A DNA stretch of 62,000 nt from Octopus vulgaris (GCA_951406725.2 OX597815.1:35484001-35546000); one strand, 5' to 3'. Counted from the stretch's first letter, positions 42,961-56,029 are shown. Numbers and translations: made by a program. The notes: generated by a model from the sequence alone, not told the origin.

Positions 42961-43416
42961 TCCCTCTACTGGGTCAACATTTAGCAGGCTAAATTTTGCG
43001 ATCAGCGAAGATCATAAATTGATCTTTTTTCCAAAAATGAGCAATTTCAGTACAACAAAAATGGTAGTAGCTAATCATAAAAATCTAAGGTCATTTTCAG
43101 AATCAGCACCATCAAATAAGCTACAAAAACATGTTCTGTTTCTTGGCACCAAAAATTGTGTTGACCAGTGTTATTAGTGATGGAAGCAGTATCAGTACTA
43201 AAAGGCAGTCTTTATATTCAACTTCATATGGATCTCTTGTTAGAATACCAAATACTGAGGTATTCATCTTGAGAGGTCCTCTCTAACATTTTATCTTTCT
43301 GAGAATAAGCAGCTATATAGGCCCTAGAGGTCTGATTTATTCCCTCTTGTAAAAATTAATTTTTGTGCTTCGTTGAAAAGAAGTCCTAATTATGTCTTAA
43401 TTATGTCATTACACAG

Positions 43417-43607
43417 GAATCAAACCCAGATCACTCGTCACAACGGTTATTTTCAGGCATCCAGCCAACATCAGATGTTCCACATTTAGGCAATTATATT
43501 GGTGCTATCAAGAACTGGGTCAGTCTACAGGGCAAACACTCTTCAGTAATCCTCAGTTTAGTTGACCTTCATACAATTACACTGCCTCACAAACCTCAAC
43601 AGCTCAG
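43417..43607 (+). CDS. WARS2: WARS2 exon 2 (Rossmann fold start, HIGH-like motif)
   Basis: Acceptor acacag| and donor |gtaggt. Translates ESNPDHSSQRLFSGIQPTSDVPHLGNYIGAIKNWVSLQGKHSSVILSLVDLHTITLPHKPQQLR, containing the TrpRS signature FSGIQPT..HLGNY.GAI..WV.LQ and VDLH.IT. Confidence 0.95.
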
Positions 43608-43772
43608 GTAGGTGTGAAAGCATTAAGAAACATTTTCATTGAAATAACTGCTTTGAAACATGTACCAAATTATCTGTTCATTTGTCTTAATTCCATTAGA
43701 ATTTGATATGAAGTGTGCTGTAGTTTTAACTAAGATTTGGGTTTTAAATATCATGGATATTTAAATATTTAA

Positions 43773-43982
43773 CCCTTTCGTTACCAAACCGGCTCTGGCT
43801 CTGAGTACAAATATCTTGTTTTCATAAGTTTTGAATTAAAATCTTCCACCAAACCTTAGTCACAATTTATGTTCCTAACACTAGCTGAATGTTAACTAAG
43901 TTATTTTGATAAACTCTTTGTTATATTTAAAGTAATTGAAAGAAACACAGAGCATCTCAAAATAAATACAGTAACAAAAGGG
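43773..43982. mobile_element. piggyBac-type MITE
   Basis: TTAA on both sides (43769-43772 and 43983-43986). Termini ccctttcgttac / gtaacaaaaggg form a 12-bp inverted repeat with one mismatch. Confidence 0.8.
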
Positions 43983-44806
43983 TTAATGAAGCTGACTGGC
44001 TACTACAACAACCCTAGTCTCTGCATATCACTACCCTCACACATTTCTCAGCAACAATAATAACTTCATTCCATCTCCAATTTCTCCATATGTCCTCATA
44101 AAATGGCCCTAACCCCAAAATATCAAAGAAATACAAGTTAAGATGTAACTGTGCTGTCTTCATTTTTGTATTTCATTTCTTACAGTTTCAGTCTTAACAA
44201 GTTTTTATCTAACTTAATATTACACAATGCTTCGCCCAAACTTCTCAATTCTAATATAACCTAAGATTTAGTTGATAAATACGGATTGTTCAAAGATGAT
44301 GTTCCATTGAGTTATACTTAACTGATGCTAAATTTCACTATCCCCAAACAAATACAATATTTCAGATAACTTTACCTACCTTTATGAAGCTTCTTCCTTA
44401 ATTAATGAATCATTACTTCAATGTCTTAGATAAGTTTTTTTTTTTATACATATATATTTACAGCCACACTACATCTTAATCTGTTTGATCTGTAATTATC
44501 ATAATTGTTTCATTCTCAGATATATTACACTGTATTGGATTGAATTCGAATTAGGAACCTTTATTCCTAAACTAAGGCTCTTGTCTACTACTACTATATC
44601 ACTGACTCTTGAACAATTAGTGTAGATGTAAATATGAAAATATGTTTCATCTTTAAAAAGGAAAAATTATTATTGTTAAGTTTATGTACCAATATTATTG
44701 GCATTTCATTACTGTCCATACTTTATACAGTAAACTCTACGGTATTACATACTGTCATATATTAGGTATAATTTTAATGATGATGTTGATGATAATGGTA
44801 GCAGTG

Positions 44807-45040
44807 AAGGTGGCGAGCTGGCAGAAATGGTAGCACGCCGGGTGAAATGCATAGCCGTATTTCGTCTGCTGTTATGTTCTGAGTTCAAATTCCGCCGAGG
44901 TCAACTTTGCCTTTCATCCTTTCGGAGTCGATTAAATAAGTACCAATTATGCACTGGGGTCGATTACATCGACTTAATCTGTTTGTCTGTCCTTGATTGT
45001 CCCCTCTGTGTTTAGCCTCTTGTGGGTAGTAAAGAAATAG
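44807..45040 (+). mobile_element. Full-length SINE family A with a 15-bp target-site duplication, in WARS2 intron 2
   Basis: Complete head and body. The TSD ataatggtagcagtg lies at 44792-44806 and 45041-45055. Confidence 0.92.
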
Positions 45041-45525
45041 ATAATGGTAGCAGTGGTATGTGTGATAGTGTTGCAGTTGGTGCAGATACCACTAATAGAA
45101 CTGGTGTTACATTTATTGTTTCATAAGGTCAGGTGCTTTGCCCTATTGACATGGTTTTAAGTGGAAAAGTTAAGTCCTTTAGTGAAGCACACCAGATATT
45201 AAAGATGACAAGCAAAGAATATTATGTACCAGTTCCTACCAGCTATGTGCACTAAAGCATATAGAATTAAGGATTTGGGCCACAGACAATAAAACACCTG
45301 TATTAATATTAATATTGTGTGCAAGTTCACTATCTTAATATAGAATTCTAGTATTAACCAAAAGTTTTACACTACTTTTTCATGAGAGAAACATCATGAA
45401 ATTTGTGACTTTTAGGAAATAGTTAAATAGAATTTGCAATATTCAAGGCTATCTCAAGGGCATTAAGCATTATAATTCTAAATCAAAGTCAATACATAGA
45501 TTTAGCTATATATTCTTTACCTATG

Positions 45526-46148
45526 ATCTTAAATAAATGTTGATTTAAAGTGATAGTATGTTGCCAACTTAATGTGGCAGTCCCACAGGGGAAGAATGCT
45601 ACTGCTATTTAGCCCAAGGAAACACCGTTTCTAGTTGGCCATGACACATTTTCTGTGTCCTTTGAAAACATAAGGACACAGAATATGTGTTGTGGCCAAT
45701 TGGAAACGGTGTTTCCTAGAGATAAATAACAGCAGCATTCTTCCCCATCATGGGACTGCCACATCAAGTTGGCAACATACCATCACTTTAAATCAACATT
45801 TATTTAAGATTATAATCTATTTAAGCATTATAATTCTAAATCAAAGTCAATACATATATTTAGTTATATATTCTTTACCTATGATCTTAAATAAATTTTG
45901 ATTTAAAGTGATGGTATGCTGCCAACTTGATGTGGCAGTCCCATGATGGGGAAGAATGCTGCTGTTATTCATCCCTAGGAAACACCGTTTCCAATTGACA
46001 ACAACACATATTCTGTGTCCTTATGTTTTCAAAGGACACAGAAAATGTGTCATGGCCAACTAGAAACGGTGTTTCCTTGGGCTAAATAGCAGTAGCATTC
46101 TTCCCCTGTGGAACTGCCACATTAAGTTGGCAACATACCATCACTTTA
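45526..46148. repeat. Two copies of a fold-back element of about 285 bp, in opposite orientation (WARS2 intron 2)
   Basis: Imperfect palindromes at 45526-45810 and 45884-46148, with centres cctttgaaaacataagg and ccttatgttttcaaagg. The flank 45463-45537 is directly repeated at 45821-45895. Confidence 0.9.
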
Positions 46149-46414
46149 TCATGCTACTACTGTATAAATCTCCCTGAGAGATTTAGAAATGTAATATTTC
46201 TAAATGTTGATTTCTTTCAATATTTCAAAAGGTCTCTGATCAAAATAACTTTCATTATTATCATTTTAATCTAATAATATTAAAAATTCTATTTTTATTG
46301 TAAGCTTTAAATATTTAATATTGATACAAATGAAAGTTCCTCAATAAAACAATTAACATCTAAAATAAGCTTCTAAATATTTAAAATTTTAATTTTTACA
46401 ATAATTTCTTTAAG

Positions 46415-46496
46415 GAATAACATTCTAGACATGACTGCTTGCCTTCTCGCCTGTGGTTTAGACCCTACAAAAGTCATTCTTTTCCAGCAATCTCAG
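46415..46496 (+). CDS. WARS2: WARS2 exon 3
   Basis: Acceptor ttctttaag| and donor |gtgagt. Translates [27 protein letters not shown], a conserved TrpRS segment. Phases are consistent (2 in, 0 out). Confidence 0.95.
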
Positions 46497-47804
46497 GTGA
46501 GTTGTTATATTTATTTAGAAGACTTCCTTAGTCACTGAAGTTTTAGTATTTAAAATTAAGTATCAGTACAATAAGTGAAGCCATAGAAACTCACAAACGT
46601 GTTCAGAGAACACTATAGAAAATTCTTAAATTATTTAGGTTTTGCAGAAACCTTTGCTTAACTCAGCTGAAGGATTTTTTTCCTTTATTTTTAAGTTTGT
46701 ACATTAATCCTAACATAGGTAGGATGGTTCTTATAAATTTGGACATTTGCTTGAACGTGGTTAACCATCTGAACGTGGCCGTTGCCAGTGCCGCCCCGAC
46801 TAGCCTCCGTGCCGGTGGCACGTAAAATGCATCATCCGATTGTGGCCGTTGCCAGCTTCGTCAGGCACATAAAAAGCATCATCCGATCGTGGCCGTTTGC
46901 CAGCCTCGTCTGGCACCTGTGCAGGTGGCACGTAAAAAGCACCCACTACACTCACGGAGTGGTTGGCATTAGGAAGGGCATCCAGCCGTAGAAACACTGC
47001 CAGATCAGACTGGGCCTGGCACAGCCTTCTGGCTTCCCAGACCCCAGTTGAACCGTCCAACCCATGCTAGCATGGAAAACGGATGTTAAACGATGACGAA
47101 TGATTACTCTTACAGTTCAGTGCTTTTTCTGTTGTCAACCTGAACTATTGAAATAAACTAGTTGATGTTCCTTAGTTAAATAGACCCAATGTCTATAGCA
47201 AGATTTAAGCTTATGGCCAGCATCATTATCAACATCTACTTTTCCATGCTTGTATGGGTCAGACGAAATTTGTTGAAGCAGATTTTCAATGGCCAGACAT
47301 GTTTTCCATTGGCAACTGGAAATGAGAATCACTTGTATAATGGTTATATATATATTACAGGCTTCTTTCACTTTCCATCAAATCTGTTCATAAGGCTTTT
47401 GTCAGCCCAAGGTGCCAGACAGTGAGACTAAACCCAAGACTGCATGGTTGGGAGCAAGTTTCTTAACCACACAGCCACACCTGCATCTTAAGCAGTTGTC
47501 ATTACAGCACCAAACTTGTTTATAAGTTCATGTATTCTATCTGCACATAAAACAATGGGAACATCAACAACTGGATCTGAAATGATGACATTACAGATGA
47601 AAGTGTCGTACTTTTTACAGGGGAAGTTTACACACTTAAACAATTACAACTGCAAGTTTTCCCCTCTTAATTGCCACTCTTCTTTTAACTGCTACCAAAA
47701 AGATTATAGTTAGCATCCTAAGTTAGCATAATTCTATGCTAATGAACCAAGAATTCATCTATATCAAGTTGTCACCAAGTGTGACAAATCAGAAGTTTGT
47801 TCAA

Positions 47805-48070
47805 ACTCCAGACTTCAGCCACTCACTGCAGTATAGTATAGGTATTTATTTAAACAATAAATTTGAAGTTTTATCAGGGTCAAACATTGAGCTATGATGT
47901 CATAAATCTAAAACTTTTACACTGACACAATGTGTCTCAATTCAGAAGTTTGTGGGTCAGTAATGAGAATTCTAGATTTATGACATCATAGCTCAATATC
48001 TGACTCCTTTAAAAGTTAAAATTTATTGGCTAAATAAACACCTGTGTTATACTACAGTAAGTGACTGGAG
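47805..48070. mobile_element. MITE-like inverted repeat (WARS2 intron 3)
   Basis: Perfect 25-bp inverted arms at 47886-47910 and 47973-47997 lie within longer imperfect arms of about 100 bp. Confidence 0.6.
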
Positions 48071-48664
48071 CAAATCAATGATGGAAAAGCTAGCAGTCTA
48101 GTATAAGCAGAATTTAGTGAAACAATTACCATTCTATGTAAAATTCTTTCTGCTGGAGAAATTTGTCTTACAATAAGCAGTTCTTTCATGCCCATGCTAT
48201 ATAGACTGTTAAATTAGGTTCATTATTCTTGATGTTCTCATCGTCATTCAATTTGCATCCTTACATCCTAGTTTTAACACTGGTATGAGTTTAATAGCTC
48301 TCCAATATATCACACTTGATCATGTTCCTTCTGAGATGAAATCTAAATTCTCTTGAGGATTTTTTTCAGACTGTTGATTTCATCATCTTTAGAGCTGAAA
48401 AATATATTACTGTTACAGTTGGAGATAAAAACCAACAAATACGTATTTAAGATATAAAGATTAGAAAATATCTTTCGTCTCTGAAGAAGAGATCAATAAT
48501 CTCCTCATCATCATCATTATCATTCTGAAAAATTATAATCTTATTAACAACTCGACTCAGACGTTTAAACAAATGTCTGAGATGAGTCATTAAGACTATT
48601 AGTATTTTACATACCACCAACTCTTTTTTGAATGAATGTTAATGTGAAATTTCTTGAATTTAAG

Positions 48665-48745
48665 ATTCCACAACATACCGAACTTGCTTGGATTCTTTCT
48701 TGTAACTGTTCTCTGCCACGGTTGAAGCATTTACCACAGTGGAAG
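48665..48745 (+). CDS. WARS2: WARS2 exon 4
   Basis: Acceptor tttaag| and donor |gtaaga. Translates IPQHTELAWILSCNCSLPRLKHLPQWK. Confidence 0.95.
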
Positions 48746-51187
48746 GTAAGATTTCTTATATTTCCAAGGTTTTAAGTACAAAAAATAGAAGAAAAATTAG
48801 CATTTTTTATCGATAACTGAGGAAGGGATCTTTGGATTCAAATGTATCAGATTTCTTTGCAATAACGTCTGTTAATTCCTCTTCAGATCTTCCTTCAAGA
48901 GGTTAAATGTAAGTTGATGAAGAAGAGATTAAAACTAAAAGGTATCAACTCTCTCAGTGCGCCCATAGAGGTTCAATGGTTATTTGTTTTTGGAGCTGAG
49001 TGAAATTCCTGCTTTTGGACCGGCTTTCATCATCATTTAATGTCCATTTTCCATGCTGGCATGAGTTGAATATTTTGATAAGAGCTGGTAAGCCAAAGGA
49101 ATGCACCAAGCTCTACTGTTTGCTTTGGCATGGTTTCCATGGTTGGATGCTCTTCCTAATGCCAACCACTTTACCAAGTGCATTGGATGACACCAGCACT
49201 GGCAAGATCACCAAGTAACTTGACAAAGAGCCCTTTCAACAGTGAGGGAGGTAGCCTTGTGCTTGGTCGTGAGAAGCTAAACCATGAAAGGGTCAGAAAC
49301 AACATCTTGCTGTAGAGGAGACACATGGTTACCTTGTTTTTTTTTTTCTTTCTTTCTTTCTTCTCATTGATGAAGGACAGTGTCCATTACATTTGCATCA
49401 TTAACCAGACCAGTGAATTTGGTGTGGTTGATGTTCAGCTGGTTAGTTCTTTTGATTGAAGGCAATAATACAGAAGTTACAAAAAAGACTCAGACAAGGA
49501 AGCATTGCATGAGATATTTAATACAGGAACAATGATAAAAGTTAGAAAGACTGGTACATCAGGTGGGCTCGGCTAAAGTTGGTACACACTTTTTTTGGTC
49601 AGAGGAGCAAGAAACCTTTCTATTAATTATAAAAGACTCATCAATAAAATACAGTACAAGTCAAGTACTGGGGTCAATGTTAACAACTACTATCCCTTCC
49701 CCTCAAAACTGCCAGCTTTGTGTCTAAACCAGAAACAGTAAGAGACCCAAAAGGATATACAAGGATACAAAATATCGCTGAATTTATAGTTGTAACATGT
49801 TGATGGGGAAGGTTTACTAATTTGATAAATGACCTTTTATTAGTATGTGGTTTAGATCATTGGTGTGTGGCAGCTTTGGGATACCAGAGATGAGAACAGT
49901 TCTCTAATATAGAGTATATGTATGCTTTCAAGAAGTTCAGCAACTGTTTAAACCTGAAGGGATTTGAGTCTCTGAGACAAAAGTCTTATATTTGGATGCA
50001 GTGTTGGCTATGTTAGAAATATGTAGATGTTATTGAAAATTATAAAATTCTATATTTTGCTTATAAAATCAAAAAGCAACACAGTACCCATGATTTTCAA
50101 TAACATTTTTTTCACACTTAGAATTGACAAAGATTGGAATAAATTATTTGCATCAATTATTGACTATCAGGACATTGCATCCTTCAAAAATTCCATGTTT
50201 CCTGAAATTCATCAACACTACTCTTGATGTACCTATGTAACCTTTCCTCTTTATGGCTCTTTTACTGTTAATTTGTCTTGATGATGATGTACTATAAAAC
50301 CACTTCTGACTATCATTGCTATCTTTCTTTACTTATCACTGCTTTTTGTATCATCTTTTACTCTTTTCTAATGAATTGTAGTGTACTTGAGCACTGCATA
50401 CAATAAGCTCATTATTATTATTTTCAGATCTTGTGATTATGTGAAAACTATAGAGATTTTTAGCTGAGTTTATTAACAGTGAAAATATGAATGTTAATGA
50501 TACGTATAGTGACTAGCTTTGTGCTGTTAAATGTTATTAGGTTGTAATGGCTCCTTTGCATATTTTTAGGGGTCTGTCATAAAGTTGTGCAATTGTAGTG
50601 TATTGTATGTAGAATACATATGGATAATGCCTGAGTGTTTGGTTAGCAGTAACATCAGAGAGTTCAATATCGTAAACATGGAAGTGTGTGGTAGGATTAA
50701 TTGAACCCTTAGTTACACCAGAGTTGTGAGAATGTTGGTCAGAGGGAAAAGGCCCTTTTGATATTCTTTGATGGAGCACTGAGAGCAAAATGCTAATCCT
50801 TGAGAAGACTAGTGTTACTACTTCTTCACTTCAGAATTGACAAATGTCGTTTGTATTACAAACCTTGTTTGAGCATTTGCACCACTTTAATCAAATATTT
50901 GGGTCACTCCCAAAGTACCAGTTCTGATCACCAACCTTTATCACAAGAAAATATTACCCACAAAATGTTAGATCCTCTTTATTTTCTTGTAAACTTAACT
51001 CAATTGGATTGTCTTTTTTTCCATGGCACTGCTGAAATGAACAAATGGATATTGAACCACTGACTCCATTCCCTGATACAGCGAAAAAATAGATCAAAAT
51101 ACAAGACCTGTGAATTCCTGAAGTTTCTAAATGATATTCGATTTTCTTTATAAACTGTTGTTATATATTTGTATATTGGTGTTTCAG

Positions 51188-51270
51188 CTGAAATCTAAAA
51201 ATGAGGAGACAGTTTCTGTTGGATTGTTCAGTTACCCTCTGTTACAAGCTGCAGATATTCTTCTTTATAA
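51188..51270 (+). CDS. WARS2: WARS2 exon 5
   Basis: Acceptor gtttcag| and donor |gtaagt. Translates LKSKNEETVSVGLFSYPLLQAADILLYK, matching the GL.YP.LQAADILLY motif. Confidence 0.95.
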
Positions 51271-51999
51271 GTAAGTGAAAGTATTTCTCTTGTTATTGAT
51301 TAAGTTTAATATCATTTTATATTGGTTCCTCCAGATTAGTTTTGCTTAAACATTGGTATCCTGCACATAAATTCCATGTTAAACGTTCTACCTAAACCTT
51401 TCTTCTTGTGTCACAAAAATCTCTCCTATTCCTGTTTTCCAAAGAGTGTTAATCTACAACTACTCAAATTAGACTCTAATTATACAAATTATCCAAACTC
51501 TAGTTCATAAAGGATCTACTTTTTCTTTCACTAAACACCTCCTTATATACACAAAATGTGTAGAGTATTAGTCAGGTTCTTTGTGTTTTGTTGTTTGTTT
51601 TTTTTTATAATTTAAGGGTAGGTCCTCCTAGGCTGATAAGATTTATGTGACTGATGGCCAGTCTGAACAGCTGCCAGGAAAATATGGGTAGAAGAGAAGT
51701 AATAGTCAATTCTGAATGCTTTTAACAGACAGAACTCTACTAAAGGCACCCCAAAACAAGATGGTGAAAAGAAAAAAAAAAAATCAATGTCTGCTGTTGG
51801 ATTGGAAATTGTCATTTGAAGTTTTTAGTTAGTTGGTTAATATCTTATACTGTCAATGTGTCTAACCAAACAGCTGGTTCTTTAAATATTTCCCTCTTCA
51901 ATGATATTAAGGCAAGACAGTGAGAGAACTGCAAACTATAGTTTCAATCTAACAACACCACCAACACCTTTCCAGAAACCTTTCCTTCTTTCTTGAAGC

Positions 52000-52602
52000 A
52001 TGACCTTCGAACTTTAGGTCTCACCGAGGAATTGACTAGAGACCGAGACCTTTGGAAGTATGCTGTGTGTAAGAAGACCCGGCAGGACAAGTAAGGCCAT
52101 AACCCGTGGCCTCAGTCCACTTTATGCATACCTTTCCTTCTTGGGACGCAAAACTCTACTTGTGAAGACCTGTTGAGGCAAGTGAAAAACAAAATCAAAA
52201 TCAAAATCGATCAACATCAATGGAAATCGTAGCTGTGATACCAGTGCCGGTGGCACATAAGAGAACCATCCGAACGTGGCCATTGCCAGCACTGCCCCGA
52301 CTGCCTCCGTGCCAGTGGCACGTAAAAAGCACCATCCAATCGTGGCCATTGCCAGCTTCGCCTGGCCTCCATGCTGGTGGCACATAAAAAGCACCATCCG
52401 ATCGTGGCCGTTTGCCAGCCTCGTCTGGCACGTAAAAAGCACCCACTACACTCATGGAGTGATTGGCATTAGGAAGGGCATCCAGCCGTAGAAACATTGA
52501 CAGATCAGACTGGGCCTGGTGCAGCCTTCTGGCTTCCCAGACCCCAGTTGAACCGTCCAACCCATGCCAGCATAGAAAGCGGACGCTAAACGATGATGAT
52601 GA
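52000..52602 (+). mobile_element. 5'-truncated copy of the same RTE-like LINE 3' end (WARS2 intron 5)
   Basis: Same 3' UTR and tail. Further + copies lie at about 46765-47097, 53815-54132, 54838-55558 and 56987-57750, and a - copy at about 49027-49215. Confidence 0.85.
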
Positions 52603-52940
52603 CAACATCACCTCACCATTGAAAAGAACTGTACCATTGCCTAGGCAATGTCATCACTCTGTCACCAAACCAAACTGATGTTCTACATCTTCCTATGTAG
52701 CTACAAAACTCTTTACATTCTCTAAAACAAGGACTATTAATAGAAATCTCTAAATCTTCCACAGTAATGCCTGGGGTAGGCAGAGCTAAACAAATACAAA
52801 ATAAATCTAATTTACTATGTTTTTCATTGGTGTGCTTCACTAAAGCTGAGTGAAGCTGCTCAAACAATAGTATTATTAAAAATCTTAGCAGCTGAATGTT
52901 TAAATTTTGCTACTTCATGTCTTACCTCCCTAATTTTCAG

Positions 52941-53059
52941 ATCCCAACTGGTTCCTGTTGGAGAAGATCAAGTAAAACACATTGAACTAGCCAGAGATCT
53001 TGTTAAACAATTCAATCGTAAATATGGCAATATTTTTGTGAAACCAAATATTCTTACAG
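52941..53059 (+). CDS. WARS2: WARS2 exon 6
   Basis: Acceptor aattttcag| and donor |gtaact. Translates SQLVPVGEDQVKHIELARDLVKQFNRKYGNIFVKPNILTG, containing VPVGEDQ. Confidence 0.95.
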
Positions 53060-54308
53060 GTAACTTGAAGAATTTATTTATATTTTCTATGTTTTTCATA
53101 CTATTGTATTATAAAATTGTCATATATTTACCAGTTTTCCTCACAAAATGATCAGCTCTTATGTTAATCACTCAGTACTTTATCTCAGTAACAATAGCTT
53201 AACCTTACCTGACTTCATGGATGGATTTGAACCCTGCACCACGAGCTTACAAGATATTCCTCAATTATACATTGTCCTCAATGTTTACAAATAACAAGCT
53301 CTAGCTCTGCATGGTCACTATTTACAGGTAACAAAATAGAATGATTCTATTGAAATTATTACTTCTTTCATCTATTTAACAATAGATTTTACCAGGTCAG
53401 ATACTGAAATTGTTTCAACCTTAATGCTGGTACTATGCTGAGAAATAATACCCACAACTGTCTTATGTTTGACCTACAAGTAAATATGTAATCATACCAA
53501 TATCATAGAAGTGTGAAGACTATCAAGAAGTGGTAACTGGCTGTAAAATAACTTGTTCCAACAATTTTTGCAAAAAGAGCTTTCAACCATGACCATTAAC
53601 ATTTTATTTCTTGCACAGATATGGTCTGCATAGGCTAGCAATACTTTCTTTCATCTCTGTGAGGTCCAATATCTTCAGTTCAGTGCACAAGTTCTACCAC
53701 CAACTCAAGGCACTCTTTCCATTGTCATCCGTTCATTTTTATATGTCCAAACCAAAATATAAATGTCTTTTACATAAATAAAAATAAAAATCGAATGGAA
53801 ATTGTAGTTATGATACACATGCAAGTGGCACGTAAAAAGCACCATCCGAACGTGGCGGATGCCAGCGCCGCCTGACTGGCATTCGTGTTGGTGACATGTA
53901 AAAAGCACCAACTGATCATGGCCATTTGCCAGCCTCCTGTGGCCCCCGTACTTGTGGCACATAAAAAGCACCCCCTACACTCATGGAGTGGTTGGCACTA
54001 AGAAGGGCATCCAGCTGTAGAAACACTGTCAGATCAGACTGGAGTCTGGCGCAGCCTCCTGACTTCCCAGACCCTGGTCAAACCGTCCAACCCATGCTAG
54101 CATGGAAAACGGACGTTAAATGATGATGATGAGTTTCATACCAAGTCACTTCCTTTCACTTACAACCCAACCTTTCTTCTATATATCCCAGCAGTTTATA
54201 GTGAACTCATAACTTCCCCATCACTATAGATCTTCTGTATTTGTCTTTTTATAGCCTGAGAGTATTTTTGATAACTTACTCTTTGCTTTTTTTATTTTTT
54301 TATTTTAG

Positions 54309-54763
54309 GCGAGTTGCCCAAAGTGCTGAGTTTGCAAAATCCTGAAGATAAAATGAGTAAATCAGACAATAATAAACTAAGCCGGATTGACTTAACAGAC
54401 AGTGCTGATGAAATATTTTTAAAAATAAAAAAAGCTCGAACAGACTCTACTTCAGCAGTCACATATGACCCTGCCAACCGACCAGGAGTCTCTAATTTAA
54501 TTAGTATCCATAGCAACTTGACTGACCTCACACCTGAACAGCTATGTAAAGAATACACACATTTAGACACAGGACAATATAAAAAGGTAGTGGCTGAAGC
54601 TATTACTGAAACAGTAACACCTATCAGTTCACGCATAAAAGAATTAAAAGCTAATAAAGATTATCTTATTCAGGTTTTAGAAACTGGTAAAGAAAAAGCC
54701 ACAAACATTTCAGAAAACACAATGAAGACTGTAAAAGAGGTATTAGGCTTCACTTTACATTAA
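54309..54763 (+). CDS. WARS2: WARS2 exon 7 (KMSKS motif and anticodon-binding domain, to stop)
   Basis: A long T-rich acceptor ends in tattttag|. Translates ELPKVLSLQNPEDKMSKSD...KIKKARTDS...RPGVSNLISI...VKEVLGFTLH*. The seven exons sum to 1155 nt (384 aa plus stop) in one frame. Confidence 0.96.
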
Positions 54764-56029
54764 TTGAAATCATAAAATACCGTAAAATACATTTTTTAAA
54801 AACTTGTTTCAAGTTGTTCAATTTCTTTGTTAAGAAGCATCAGATGTGGTGTGCAAGAGAGACGACTGCGCTGATATGGTCATGTGTTGCATATGGATGT
54901 GAAAAAGTGTCACACCCTATCAGTAGAGGGAACCTGTGGAAGAGGTAGACCCAGGAAGACTTGGGATGAGGTAGTGAAGCACAACCTTCAAACATTGGGC
55001 TTCACTGAGGCAATGACAAGCAACCAAGACCTTTGGAGATATGGTGTGCTTGAGAAGACCCAGCAAGTCAAGTGAGACCATAATTGGCCTATGCCAGTGT
55101 AGCATAACTGGCCCTTCAATCATTGAGCAATAAACTGTGCTTGAGAAGACCTGTTGAGTCAAGTAAAATCATTATTGTGGCCAGTGGCAATAAACAGCAC
55201 CATTCGAGTGAGGTCATTGCCAATGCCACCTGACCGGCTCCAGTGCTGATGGCACGTAAAAAGCATTCAAGTGTGGTCATTGCCAGTGCCACCTGACTGA
55301 TTCCCATGCTGGTGGTACGCAAAAAGCACCACTCGAGCGTGATTGAAGCCAGTACTACATGACTGGCCCTCATGCTGGTGGCATGTAAAAAGCACCCTCT
55401 ACACTCTGAGTGGTAGGCATTAGGAAGGGCTTCCAGCTGTAAAAACCTTGCCAGATCAGATTGGAGCCTGGTACAACCTTCTAGCTTGCCAGTCCTTAGT
55501 CAAACCGTCCAACTCATGCCAGTATGGAAAGCAGATGTTAAACAATGATGGTGATGATTTTCTGAAACTTGTACCTTTAATTATTAATCTAACCACTGGT
55601 AATGATAGTAGCACTAGTATTGCTGATACTATATAAAATGTGTCTACTAACCATAATCTGCATCCCAGAATGGTGTATATGACCTTGGTAATGACACTTA
55701 ACTCTCAATTACCCTGTTCTGAAATAGGTACTCTAGGGAGACAGTTTACAACTGTATGCAGAGTAAGCTACTGTAATTGGTAAGTATTTCATCAACTTGA
55801 AAAGCTAAGTTCAAATACTACCATAAAATGAGAAAAGCATCTGCTGCTTTGGACTGGAATTTCTATCCAAGCAAGGAGATATGTCAACTGCTCAAGCACC
55901 ATTACGCAACATCCATATTGTAAGACACCTTTCAAAGGCAAATGAGCTACAATCTCAAGTAAAAAATAAAAACCTTGAAACAATCAAAAGTACGCTAAAA
56001 CAATGAGATTTTTTTCCCTATAGTTTAAA

